Positions 56,201 through 64,000 of a stretch of 64,000 nucleotides of DNA are shown here, piece by piece; the stretch's first letter is position 1; every line of letters begins with the position of its first letter. A program made the position numbers and the translations under genes. Source of the stretch: an uncultured bacterium (lineage in GTDB: Bacteria; Patescibacteriota; Minisyncoccia; Phycocordibacterales; Phycocordibacteraceae). The stretch covers positions 150,885 to 214,884 of the forward strand of contig CAMTYL010000004.1 in NCBI GenBank assembly GCA_947085985.1. Reading direction: 5' to 3'. Under the pieces are notes generated by a model. It did no database searches. It was not told where the DNA came from and saw only the letters and a list, made by a program, of their open reading frames with translations.

Positions 56201-56627
56201 TGACGTACTTACTGGTAAGGGAAAGAAAGAAGCGGCACTTATAGAAGAAATGGTGCGCGTGCGCACGCTTACGTCAGAGGCACTGATGCTTCGCCAAAAA
56301 GCTGGAGCTAAGGTGCGGCAGCCGCTCGCATCACTTTCAATTGTTGGCGAACTTTCGCTGGAGATGCAAAGAATACTCGCAGACGAGCTTAATGTGAAGG
56401 AAATACGAACCGGTGCGAAGGAGCTCGCGCTTGATACGGTCCTTACCCCAGAACTTATTAAAGAGGGAGATGAGCGCACTCTTGCGCGAGCAGTTGCAGA
56501 GGCACGCAAAAGTGAGGGGTATGCACAGAAGGACCAGGTGAAGGTAGAGATGCGTGAGGACGGTGCGCACAGTGCAGAGATATCCAGTGGGGTGGTGAAG
56601 TTTTCTCTAATACGCGATGCGGCATAA
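53283..56627 (+). CDS. ileS: isoleucine--tRNA ligase carrying an inserted histidine-phosphatase (PGM-like) domain
   Basis: HIGH ([11 protein letters not shown]), editing-domain [19 protein letters not shown] and KMSKSLGN motifs. About 190 extra residues (494-680) have RHGESENN and IVTHG motifs. Confidence 0.9.
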   Translation: MAEQEKSELVAREEAILAFWNKEQIFEKTLTKPAPKGDFVFYEGPPTANGRPGIHHLEPRSFKDALPRYKTMRGYRVPRRAGWDTHGLPVELEVEKQLGFKGKQDIETYGIAAFNKKCRESVLTYIDEWKAFTERIGYWVNFNTAYFTYNAPYMESLWNIMKKVDTDGRLYKDYKVLPWCVKCGTALSSHELAQGYEDVKDLSLTVKFKVVGEENTYFLAWTTTPWTLPGNVGLAVGKDVVYGKYTNNGETVIIAKALERKLGEGWVLAEEVAGSELVGKSYEPLYPFAKDIAAKTEVEKFANAYKVYAADFVTTEDGTGIVHTAVMYGQEDFDLGQKVGLPKVHLVAPDGTFVQGTGMFEGKSVIDAETNVEVLKDLQARGLYFSKESYNHSYPHCWRSKNRLIYYARDSWYIRMQDLRDTLIAENKKINWEPAHIRDGRMGEWLSNVKDWAISRERYWGTPLPVWRSENGEEQLVIGSVEELKKYTKRSGNRYVAMRHGESENNVANIVDCTNEKKWPLTQKGHEQVRSAAVSLKEKGIELIYASPFERAQETARVVAAELGLSLESIVTDERIKEINAGTLCDKSLDEFLAYRKVHAYEEPLPGGESHLDAKRRFGAFLYDLEEQHANKTILIVTHGIGLEMFMPVIAGSDARATQAMVENDLPVNAEVRELDFVPLPHNDDYELDLHRPYIDDVVLVSEKGTKLRRVKEVMDVWFDSGAMPFAQAHYPFAKEAPAFPADFISEAIDQTRGWFYTLLAVSVLMGKGTPYRNVICLGHLLDEKGKKMSKSLGNVIVPADAIATYGVDTLRFWMYYVNQPGDSKNFDDKTVREAARVISWLDNSAKFYELFAAGSQSSQKTALDEWMLARTNQTVKTVTEAMDRYDLYTASRTIALLLEDVSQWYVRRIRDRARDGDAAALSTLRETLKTCALLIAPLAPFVAEDVYRIVKSTEDAESVHLANWPEVQAGIFDVLTGKGKKEAALIEEMVRVRTLTSEALMLRQKAGAKVRQPLASLSIVGELSLEMQRILADELNVKEIRTGAKELALDTVLTPELIKEGDERTLARAVAEARKSEGYAQKDQVKVEMREDGAHSAEISSGVVKFSLIRDAA

Positions 56628-57144
56628 GTACGTCACGCGAGCGGTGGTACTTGGTCGCGGTGCGGCTCGCGAGTCTGGGCTCATGCTCACGCTCCTGACC
56701 GAGGACTTCGGATTGGTGAGAGCAAAAGCCGAGGGTCTGCGAAAGCCTGGTGCAAAATTAGCGGGTGCGCTGCAAACACTCTGTGAGAGTGATGTCACCT
56801 TGGTGCGCGGCAAAGAAGGGTGGCGCCTTACGGGTGCTCTCTTGGTAGAGAATAGATTTCACACACTAGACAGTGATGCACGCGCCTGTGCAGCACGTAT
56901 TGCTTCACTGTTCCTGCGCTTGATGCCGGAGGGTCCGCAGGATGCGGGGTTTTTCAGTTTGTACCGCAGATTCCTCACAGATTTGGTGGGAGCACCCTCA
57001 GTAGAGCGAGACACTATAGAATGCAGAGCAGCGCTTGAGTTACTCATGCTCTTGGGGCTTGATACAGGGACTGATACGGTAAAGCTTGCGCGAAACGATA
57101 TGGTTGTTCGCATCAATAAAGGAATCGCCGCGTCAGGACTCTAG
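56617..57144 (+). CDS. recO: DNA repair protein RecO (short form)
   Basis: N-terminal OB-fold [36 protein letters not shown]. 175 aa. Confidence 0.65.
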   Translation: MRHKYVTRAVVLGRGAARESGLMLTLLTEDFGLVRAKAEGLRKPGAKLAGALQTLCESDVTLVRGKEGWRLTGALLVENRFHTLDSDARACAARIASLFLRLMPEGPQDAGFFSLYRRFLTDLVGAPSVERDTIECRAALELLMLLGLDTGTDTVKLARNDMVVRINKGIAASGL

Positions 57145-57175
57145 AACACGTCGGTGCGCTATACTGGTGTGGTAT

Positions 57176-59068
57176 ATGCCACCGAATGCACCCAAGGAGA
57201 ACAGCAGCGCGCTTGAGGAGCTGCGTCAAAAGCTCTACGCAACGGATGCGCCACAGAGCTTCCCAGAGCAAGCCATACACGCACCCTCAGTGCACCAGGG
57301 TAGCGTAGAGGAGACCACTGCCTGGGCAGCCGAGGTGCCGAAAAGGAAAGTGGCCTGGTCGGTGATGTTTCTTTTTGGTGCAATCGGGGTATTTGTATTG
57401 GCGCTTGCCATAGCTGCGTATTTCCTCGTATTTGGTGGCGGCGCCGTATCCACTGACAATGTTGAGATTACGGTGGCACCTATTCCATCACTACGTAGTG
57501 GCGATGTCGCGCCTCTTTTGGTAACGATTAAAAACAATAACCCAACGCCAATGGTTGGTGCGGTACTCTCCGCGTCGTTTCCTGAGACAGCGCGTTCTGC
57601 AGATGACCATACAATTCCGTATCCCCGATATGAAGACATGGTGGGGGATATAGCACCAGGGGCCGCGATTACGCGCACGGTGCGCGTGGTGCTCTCGGGT
57701 GCCGAGGGAGATGTGTTCAGTATCCCCCTAAAGGTGGAGTACAAAACAGAAGGCTCCAATGCCACATTCGTGAAAGATGATAGTCACGATGTCACCATCA
57801 CCTCCTCGCCCCTGTCGGTGCGCGTAGTTGCTCCAGTGCAAGCAACAGCAGGACAGGACATCACGCTACAAGTATTTATCCGCTCAGACGCTCCGACCGC
57901 GCTTGAAAATATCGTGGTATTTGCTGAATACCCGTTTGGTTTCATTCCGGCAAAAACAGGACTCTCAACAACGCTCTTTGATGTGGGCACCATTTCCCCT
58001 GGACAGGAGGTTTCCGTGAATGTGCAGGGAACATTGTCCGGAGAGGACATGGACGAACGAGTCTTTCGGTTTAAGGTGGGTACCCGCGGAGCGCAGGGAG
58101 CGCTTGGTGTTACCTACGCGTTTGGGCAGGGAAGTGTAGGACTGTCCAACCCATTCCTCGCTACTACGTTTGCCGTGAACGGGAACCGCGGGACGGATTT
58201 GGTGGTGCCAGTGGGTGAGTCAAACTCGGTAAGTGTGGAGTGGGTTAATAGTTTGCCTCAAGAGCTTACCGATGCTCGCATAACAGTGAAGCTTGCCGGA
58301 GACGTACTTGACCCGTCGTCCGTGGTAGTTGCTGGAGGCTTCTACCGCTCAGTGGACCAGACAATCATTTTTGGGCGAGAAACAAATGCTACGCTCGCTC
58401 GTCTTACTTCGGGCACAAAGGGCTCCGGGTCCTTCACCTTCAGGACAAAACAGATTGACTCTATTCGTGCACTTCGCAATCCAACCATTGCCGCAACGGT
58501 GACGGTGTCAGGGCGAAGTAGTAAGGATGGAAACACACCCGTATTGAATACAGCCACCATAAACCGCACCATTCAGATAGGTACTGATTTAGGCTTCAAC
58601 TCGTACTCTTCGCGAACAACAGGGCCGTTTACAAACACAGGTCCTGTTCCACCGAAAGCCAACACGGAAAGCACCTACACCATATTTTTTGACTTTACCT
58701 CAACCGTTAATTCCGTAGCAGGTGCCACCGCAAAGGGAGTGCTTCCGCCGTATGTCAGGTTTGTGGGCGCCACGAGCCCAAACGATGGTTCAATCACCTT
58801 TGACGAGAACACCAGAACGGTAACGTGGGCAGCAGGAGAAGTGACCGCCGGAACCACAAGCGCCGCGCCGAAGCGGGGTGCGTTCCAGGTTGCACTCTTG
58901 CCAAGCTTCTCCCAACAGGGTACAAGTCCAATACTGATGTCCTTCGTCTCGTACAGTGCGACTGACCGTTTTACCAAGCGTCTGCTTGAGGGGCGGGGCC
59001 AGGATGTGTCTACCCAGACACTGCGCGACCCTGGCTTTGTAAGTGCGCAGGGAGAAGTAGCACGATAA
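57176..59068 (+). CDS. large membrane-anchored surface protein with repeated beta domains (DUF11/CARDB-like)
   Basis: TM anchor WSVMFLFGAIGVFVLALAIAAYFLVF after a short cytoplasmic N-terminus. Repetitive T/S/V-rich Ig-like segments. Confidence 0.5.
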   Translation: MPPNAPKENSSALEELRQKLYATDAPQSFPEQAIHAPSVHQGSVEETTAWAAEVPKRKVAWSVMFLFGAIGVFVLALAIAAYFLVFGGGAVSTDNVEITVAPIPSLRSGDVAPLLVTIKNNNPTPMVGAVLSASFPETARSADDHTIPYPRYEDMVGDIAPGAAITRTVRVVLSGAEGDVFSIPLKVEYKTEGSNATFVKDDSHDVTITSSPLSVRVVAPVQATAGQDITLQVFIRSDAPTALENIVVFAEYPFGFIPAKTGLSTTLFDVGTISPGQEVSVNVQGTLSGEDMDERVFRFKVGTRGAQGALGVTYAFGQGSVGLSNPFLATTFAVNGNRGTDLVVPVGESNSVSVEWVNSLPQELTDARITVKLAGDVLDPSSVVVAGGFYRSVDQTIIFGRETNATLARLTSGTKGSGSFTFRTKQIDSIRALRNPTIAATVTVSGRSSKDGNTPVLNTATINRTIQIGTDLGFNSYSSRTTGPFTNTGPVPPKANTESTYTIFFDFTSTVNSVAGATAKGVLPPYVRFVGATSPNDGSITFDENTRTVTWAAGEVTAGTTSAAPKRGAFQVALLPSFSQQGTSPILMSFVSYSATDRFTKRLLEGRGQDVSTQTLRDPGFVSAQGEVAR

Positions 59069-59078
59069 CCAGAACACC

Positions 59079-60416
59079 ATGTCCAAGAAAATAGAATCTT
59101 TAGAGCCTATCGTTTCCCTCGCAAAGCGTCGCGGTTTCATATACCCGGGCTCCGATATTTATGGCGGCTTGGCAGGAACGTTTGACTACGGCCCCCTTGG
59201 CGTCGCGCTAAAGGACAATGTAAAGAAAATCTGGTGGCGTATGTTTGTTGAGACGCGCGACGACATGTACGGTGTAGACGCTGCTATTTTAATGAATCCA
59301 AAAGTGTGGGAAGCATCTGGTCACGTATCAGGATTCTCTGACCCTCTAGTTGAATGTTCAAATTGTAAGAAGCGCTTCCGTGCCGACCACCTGGAAAATG
59401 CAGACACCTGTCCTGCCTGCCAAAAGAAGGGAACCCTTGGAGAAGCCCGCCAATTCAACATGATGTTTGCTACAAAGGCGGGTGCCATGGAGGACGAGTC
59501 CGCCACAGTGTATCTGCGTCCAGAAACCGCAGCAGGCATGTTTGTGAACTTCAAGAATGTAATTGATTCGTTCCACCCAAAGCTGCCGTTTGGACTAGGG
59601 CAAATTGGAAAAGCATTTCGCAATGAAATAGCCCCGCGTGATTTCATTTTCCGTCTGCGCGAGCTGGAGCAAATGGAAGTGGAGTATTTTGTGCGCGAAA
59701 GCGACTGGGAGCGCGCGTTTGCTGAATGGCAGGAGAAAATGCACGAATTTGCACGCGCAATTGGCCTTCCCGGCGAGGCGCTTCACGAGCTTGAAGTAGA
59801 GTCGCAAGACTTGGCGCACTACTCAAAGCGCACCATTGATTTTGAGTTCGACTATCCATTTGGGCGCAAAGAGCTCTGGGGTCTTGCATACCGCACGGAC
59901 TTTGACCTCCTGGCCCACGAGAAAGGCTCAACGGTAAGCCTCAACTACCTTGATGAAGAATCAGGAGAACGATTTACACCGCACGTGATAGAACCATCGC
60001 TTGGTGTGGACCGCACCGTGCTCGCGATACTTTCAAGCGCATACTGCGAAGACGAGCTTGGTGGGGAAGTGAGAAGCTATTTGAAGCTCGCGCCGTCAGT
60101 GGCGCCTGTCAAGGCAATGGTGTCGCCCCTTCTCAAGAACAAGCCAGAACTTGTAGAGAAGGCAAAAGAGGTGAGAAAGAAGCTGCAGACGGTACACCCA
60201 GCTATTGCGTGGGACGACAACGGAAATATTGGCAAGCGATACCGAAGACAGGACGAAATTGGCACGCCATTTTGTATTACCGTTGACTTTGACACCCTTG
60301 GTGAGAAACCAGAGCTTCTAAACACCGTTACGCTTCGCCACCGCGACACTGGAGAGCAGGAGCGGCTTACTGTGGACGAGGTAGTGGAGCGAATTCGTCA
60401 GGCGAGCGTATACTAA
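59079..60416 (+). CDS. glyQS: glycine--tRNA ligase (dimeric class II type)
   Basis: RGFIYPGSDIYGGLAGTFDYGPLG and RPETAAGMFVNF motifs. 445 aa. Confidence 0.85.
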   Translation: MSKKIESLEPIVSLAKRRGFIYPGSDIYGGLAGTFDYGPLGVALKDNVKKIWWRMFVETRDDMYGVDAAILMNPKVWEASGHVSGFSDPLVECSNCKKRFRADHLENADTCPACQKKGTLGEARQFNMMFATKAGAMEDESATVYLRPETAAGMFVNFKNVIDSFHPKLPFGLGQIGKAFRNEIAPRDFIFRLRELEQMEVEYFVRESDWERAFAEWQEKMHEFARAIGLPGEALHELEVESQDLAHYSKRTIDFEFDYPFGRKELWGLAYRTDFDLLAHEKGSTVSLNYLDEESGERFTPHVIEPSLGVDRTVLAILSSAYCEDELGGEVRSYLKLAPSVAPVKAMVSPLLKNKPELVEKAKEVRKKLQTVHPAIAWDDNGNIGKRYRRQDEIGTPFCITVDFDTLGEKPELLNTVTLRHRDTGEQERLTVDEVVERIRQASVY

Positions 60417-60420
60417 AGAC

Positions 60421-61479
60421 ATGAGCACCGAGACGCGCATTGCTATCACAACCGGCACCTTCCTACGGGCTATTTTGATCGGTGGGCTTGCGTACGCGGC
60501 GTGGATTCTGCGGGACCTATTCTTGCTTGTGCTCACGGCGATAGTTATCGCCTCGGCAATCGAGCCTGGGGTGGCATTTTTTGTAAAGCGTCGGATTCCG
60601 CGCGCTATCGCCGTGCTCGGTATGTATGGCATGGTGTTCGGGTCATTATTTGCCGTTACGTATTTGTTCTTGCCTCCTGTACTAAACGATGCGCAGACAT
60701 TCCTACAGGCTGCTCCTGAATACCTAGATACGCTCCATGTGCCAGCCTCGCTCACCAATATCACTGACGCTGCGCATGACGCAACGTCCAATCAGTCGCA
60801 GTCCATCTTTGAAACTATCCTCTCATTCCAGTCTGCATTCTCTGATACGTCTGGCGGAACGGTGCGCGTGCTCTCCACGTTCTTTGGTGGTATCTTCGCT
60901 CTTCTGCTGGTGATTGTGTTGTCTTTCTACTTTGCACTGCAGGAGACTGGTGTGGACGACTTCCTCCGTCTTATCACCCCCGCTAAGCACGAGGAGTATG
61001 TGGTGAATCTGTGGGTGCGCGCAAAGAAAAAGATTGGACAATGGATGCAGGGCCAGTTGCTCCTGTCACTTTTGGTGGGAATCATTGTGTATCTCGGTCT
61101 CCTTATTCTGGGAGTACCGTACGCACTTTTCTTGGCGGTCGCGGCAGCACTTTTGGACCTTATTCCGCTGTTCGGTTCATTCCTTGCAGGAATTCTCGGC
61201 GTGGTAGTCGCTTTCTCTTCCGGTGGTTTCACCCTCGCGCTTATCGTGGCGGGCCTCTATTTCATTGTGAATCAGTTTGAGGCGCACCTTATCTATCCAT
61301 TAGTAGTGAACAAGGTGGTGGGTATACCTCCGCTTCTCGTGATTCTCTCACTCATTATTGGAGGAAGTCTTGCGGGCTTCCTCGGTATCCTGCTTTCTAT
61401 TCCTATTGCAGCTGGACTTCGTGAGTTCTTGAATGACTTTGATAAGTCTAAGCAGCGCGCACGAGACCTGGTGCTGTAG
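60421..61479 (+). CDS. AI-2E family transporter (PerM/UPF0118)
   Basis: Eight predicted TM helices. Conserved C-terminal LLSIPIAAGLREF. Confidence 0.75.
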   Translation: MSTETRIAITTGTFLRAILIGGLAYAAWILRDLFLLVLTAIVIASAIEPGVAFFVKRRIPRAIAVLGMYGMVFGSLFAVTYLFLPPVLNDAQTFLQAAPEYLDTLHVPASLTNITDAAHDATSNQSQSIFETILSFQSAFSDTSGGTVRVLSTFFGGIFALLLVIVLSFYFALQETGVDDFLRLITPAKHEEYVVNLWVRAKKKIGQWMQGQLLLSLLVGIIVYLGLLILGVPYALFLAVAAALLDLIPLFGSFLAGILGVVVAFSSGGFTLALIVAGLYFIVNQFEAHLIYPLVVNKVVGIPPLLVILSLIIGGSLAGFLGILLSIPIAAGLREFLNDFDKSKQRARDLVL

Positions 61480-61490
61480 CAAACAAGCCT

Positions 61491-62930
61491 ATGGCAAGGT
61501 ACCTCACAACCACACTCCCGTATGTAAACGACGAACCGCATCTGGGCTTTGCACTTGAGAGTGTGTACGCAGATGTGCTCGCGCGCGCGTGGCGCTTGGC
61601 AGGAGAAGACGTCTTTTTTTCAACAGGCACCGACGAACACGGGCAAAAAATATTTGAAGCCGCACAGAAGAAGGGACAACATGTGCAAGAGTATGTAGAT
61701 TTCTATGCTTCAAGAGTTGAAGGACTAAAAGACGTACTTGCTCTCACGCCAGACAACTTTATTCGCACCTCAAGTGAGGCGCACAAACAAGCCGCGCAGG
61801 AGATGTGGCGACGCTGCGACGCTGCAGGAGACATATATAAGAAAGCCTATTCTGGTACGTACTGTGTTGGGTGCGAGGCGTACAAAACCGAAAAGGATTT
61901 GACTCCAGAGGGCACCTGCGAACTGCACCCAAGCACACCCGTCCAAATCATTGAAGAAGAGAACTACTTTTTTCGTCTCTCAAAGTACCAGCAGGACCTA
62001 GAAGAGTATCTTTCGCACGAAGGGGTAATTATTCCTGAGTGGCGCCGTCAGGAAGCACTCAATTTTGTACGAGGCGGACTAGAGGATTTCAGCATCTCTC
62101 GCTCTAAAGAAAAACTGACTTGGGGGATTTCTGTGCCTGGAGACGATGAGCAAGTGATGTATGTCTGGTTTGACGCGCTTACCGACTACATTTCAACACT
62201 AGGCTGGCCAGAGGACGCGCAGGGGAACTATAAGAAATTCTGGGAAGAGGGAAGCACCGTGCAGGTGGCAGGGAAGGACCAGGTGCGGTTCCAGTCAGTT
62301 ATGTGGCAGGCCATGCTTATGTCCGCACAGATTAAGACTACCGACCAGGTGTTCTATCACGGCTTCATCAACTCAAACGGGCAACGTATGAGCAAGTCCA
62401 CCGGCAACGTTATTAGCCCGTACGAGCTGGTAGAGAAGTATGGGGTGGACGCGACCCGCTACTTGCTCCTTCGTCACGTGCATCCAACCGAAGACTCCGA
62501 CATAACCTGGGAGCGACTAGATGAGTGGTACACCGCTCACTTGGTGAACGGACTTGGGAACTTGGTATCGCGCGTAATGAAGCTTGCGCAGGAACATTTG
62601 CCAGGCCCAGTGTCACTGGTTGATTTGGGTCACACCATAGACCCTACATTTTTTACGCGTCTTGAAGCATTCTCATTCCAGGAGGCCATGAATGAAATTT
62701 TTGCTCTTGTTGGAGAGGGGGACGAGTTCATGACAAGAGAGGAGCCGTTCAAAAAAATTAAGGTAGAGGATACAGAAGGCATTGCACGAGCTGATATTGC
62801 AAAGCTTGTGAGCGATGTTGCACGCATCGCCCTATATCTTGCGCCGTTCATGCCGAGCACGAGTGTGCGGATATTAGACGCAGTACATACAAACACCAAG
62901 CCTGAAAACCTTTTCCCGCGCCTTCCATAA
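61491..62930 (+). CDS. metG: methionine--tRNA ligase
   Basis: PYVNDEPHLGF (HIGH-region variant), zinc knuckle CVGCEAY...CELHPS and QRMSKSTGN. Confidence 0.85.
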   Translation: MARYLTTTLPYVNDEPHLGFALESVYADVLARAWRLAGEDVFFSTGTDEHGQKIFEAAQKKGQHVQEYVDFYASRVEGLKDVLALTPDNFIRTSSEAHKQAAQEMWRRCDAAGDIYKKAYSGTYCVGCEAYKTEKDLTPEGTCELHPSTPVQIIEEENYFFRLSKYQQDLEEYLSHEGVIIPEWRRQEALNFVRGGLEDFSISRSKEKLTWGISVPGDDEQVMYVWFDALTDYISTLGWPEDAQGNYKKFWEEGSTVQVAGKDQVRFQSVMWQAMLMSAQIKTTDQVFYHGFINSNGQRMSKSTGNVISPYELVEKYGVDATRYLLLRHVHPTEDSDITWERLDEWYTAHLVNGLGNLVSRVMKLAQEHLPGPVSLVDLGHTIDPTFFTRLEAFSFQEAMNEIFALVGEGDEFMTREEPFKKIKVEDTEGIARADIAKLVSDVARIALYLAPFMPSTSVRILDAVHTNTKPENLFPRLP

Positions 62931-62932
62931 GC

Positions 62933-63724
62933 ATGAAATACTTTGACGCGCACTGTCATATCCAATTTCCCATGTTTGACGAAGACCGGGAAGCACTTGC
63001 TCTGCGAATGGAGCAGGAAGCATTCGGTGGGGTCGTTGTCGGAGTAGACCGAACCTCTAGCGAGCAAGCAGTTGCACTCGCTGAAACACATCCGCACTTG
63101 TGGGCTGCTGTTGGATTGCATCCAAACTACACTGAAAAGCAGGCGTTTGAGGTGGATGCATTCAAGCTACTGGCCATGCATGAGAAGGTGGTCGCGATTG
63201 GAGAATGCGGACTAGATAACTTTCGCCCAGAGAATCCCCACGAGACACGCGCTACGCAACGAGCGGTGTTTGAGCAACACATTCGTCTAGCGATTGAGGT
63301 TGATAAACCACTCATGATTCATGCGCGCCCCACAAAGGGAACGCAGGATGCTTACCAGGATTTGATTGAAATACTCACGTCGTACAAGAAAGAGCATGGA
63401 GAGCGTCTGCGCGGCGACATCCACTTCTTTGTGGGTGGGGTAGAGGAGGCTCGAGCACTTATTGACTTGGACTTCACTCTGTCGTTTACCGCGGTGCTCA
63501 CTTTTACCCACGATTATGATGACGTGGTGCGGTTTGCACCAATCACGCACCTGCTGTCAGAGACCGACGCTCCGTATGTGGCGCCCGTCTCTCGTCGCGG
63601 GCAGAGAAATGACCCATTTTCAGTTCGCGACGTCGTACAGGCTATGGCCGCGATACGTGGCGAGGACGAAGAGCTGGTACGGCAGACGGTACTCAGTAAT
63701 GCCAAGCGCCTCTTCAAGCTATAG
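62933..63724 (+). CDS. tatD: TatD-family metal-dependent deoxyribonuclease
   Basis: FDAHCHIQF, IGECGLD and IHAR motifs. Conserved metG-tatD adjacency. Confidence 0.85.
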   Translation: MKYFDAHCHIQFPMFDEDREALALRMEQEAFGGVVVGVDRTSSEQAVALAETHPHLWAAVGLHPNYTEKQAFEVDAFKLLAMHEKVVAIGECGLDNFRPENPHETRATQRAVFEQHIRLAIEVDKPLMIHARPTKGTQDAYQDLIEILTSYKKEHGERLRGDIHFFVGGVEEARALIDLDFTLSFTAVLTFTHDYDDVVRFAPITHLLSETDAPYVAPVSRRGQRNDPFSVRDVVQAMAAIRGEDEELVRQTVLSNAKRLFKL

Positions 63725-63782
63725 CAAGCAAATAGAGGGGTTTATTGCCGAGAGCGCTCCCGCGTGGTACAGTTCGCCCGTT

Positions 63783-64000
63783 ATGAAAAAAGAATTCGAT
63801 AACGGTGCCGAGAGCACCGAGCTAGAGACGGAGGCGGGATATAACGAGTCCCGCGTGTACGAACTCGGCTTCCACCTCGACCCTGAGCTTCCTCAGGAAG
63901 AGGCGAAAAAAACGTACCAGGTACTTCGCGACATTGTGTCAGGAGCAGGAGACATTATTGCTGAAGGCCAGCCACAGAAGGTGCAGCTTGCCTACACTAT
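63783..64000 (+). CDS. rpsF: 30S ribosomal protein S6, 3' end outside window
   Basis: Hand-translated open frame: MKKEFDNGAESTELETEAGYNESRVYELGFHLDPELPQEEAKKTYQVLRDIVSGAGDIIAEGQPQKVQLAYT. The YE..F...P pattern matches S6. Confidence 0.55.
   Translation, partial: MKKEFDNGAESTELETEAGYNESRVYELGFHLDPELPQEEAKKTYQVLRDIVSGAGDIIAEGQPQKVQLAYT

Overview
This is a 64-kb chromosomal window of about 53% GC with compact, frequently overlapping genes. It looks like a CPR/Patescibacteria-type genome; that assignment is inferred from gene content and is not proven. Contents in order:

- A 5'-truncated type IV secretion (conjugation-like) locus: VirB6/TrbL-like, VirB3/PrgI-like, VirB4 split into two ORFs, a pilin-like protein and secreted proteins.
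- The replication-origin neighbourhood: rpmH-rnpA-yidC divergent from dnaA, a DnaA-box cluster, then dnaN.
- PBP1A, then ruvC-yebC-ruvB, with ruvA further on.
- Type IV pilus genes pilB and pilM/N/O, plus tsaE and polA.
- Seven tRNA genes.
- Housekeeping genes: rpsT, rplS, secE-nusG-rplK, acyP, uppS, mscL, zupT/zur, argS, ileS, glyQS, metG, tatD and a partial rpsF.
- A thymidylate block: folA, 5-FTHF cyclo-ligase, dCMP deaminase, thyA, dut, glyA.

The most unusual signal is a family of ~190-200-bp structured repeat elements sitting immediately 3' of five tRNA genes (Lys, Arg-GCG, Arg-TCT, Leu, His). Each has the same parts in the same order:

- a long near-perfect hairpin that swallows the tRNA 3' end and shares an ATGAAAA motif;
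- a short GCAGG...CCTGC hairpin;
- an inverted copy of the tRNA T-arm;
- a conserved core (GCCGGAGC, GCGAGGYGGGG, GAGTGACGACGAG);
- a terminal GAAAG-stem-TAMT-stem hairpin whose stem covaries between copies;
- an 11-17-nt direct repeat of the tRNA 3' end.

That layout resembles miniature att-site-bearing elements inserted in tRNA T-loops, or a new structured ncRNA family.

Other notable points: two GC-rich (~65%) islands, one carrying a consensus promoter driving a secreted Cys/Gly/Tyr repeat protein; an IleRS with an embedded histidine-phosphatase (PGM-like) domain; a tRNA-Arg with anticodon GCG; widespread leaderless TATACT promoters; and perfectly symmetric A-tract/T-tract bidirectional terminators. 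All calls are from reading the sequence; no searches were run.
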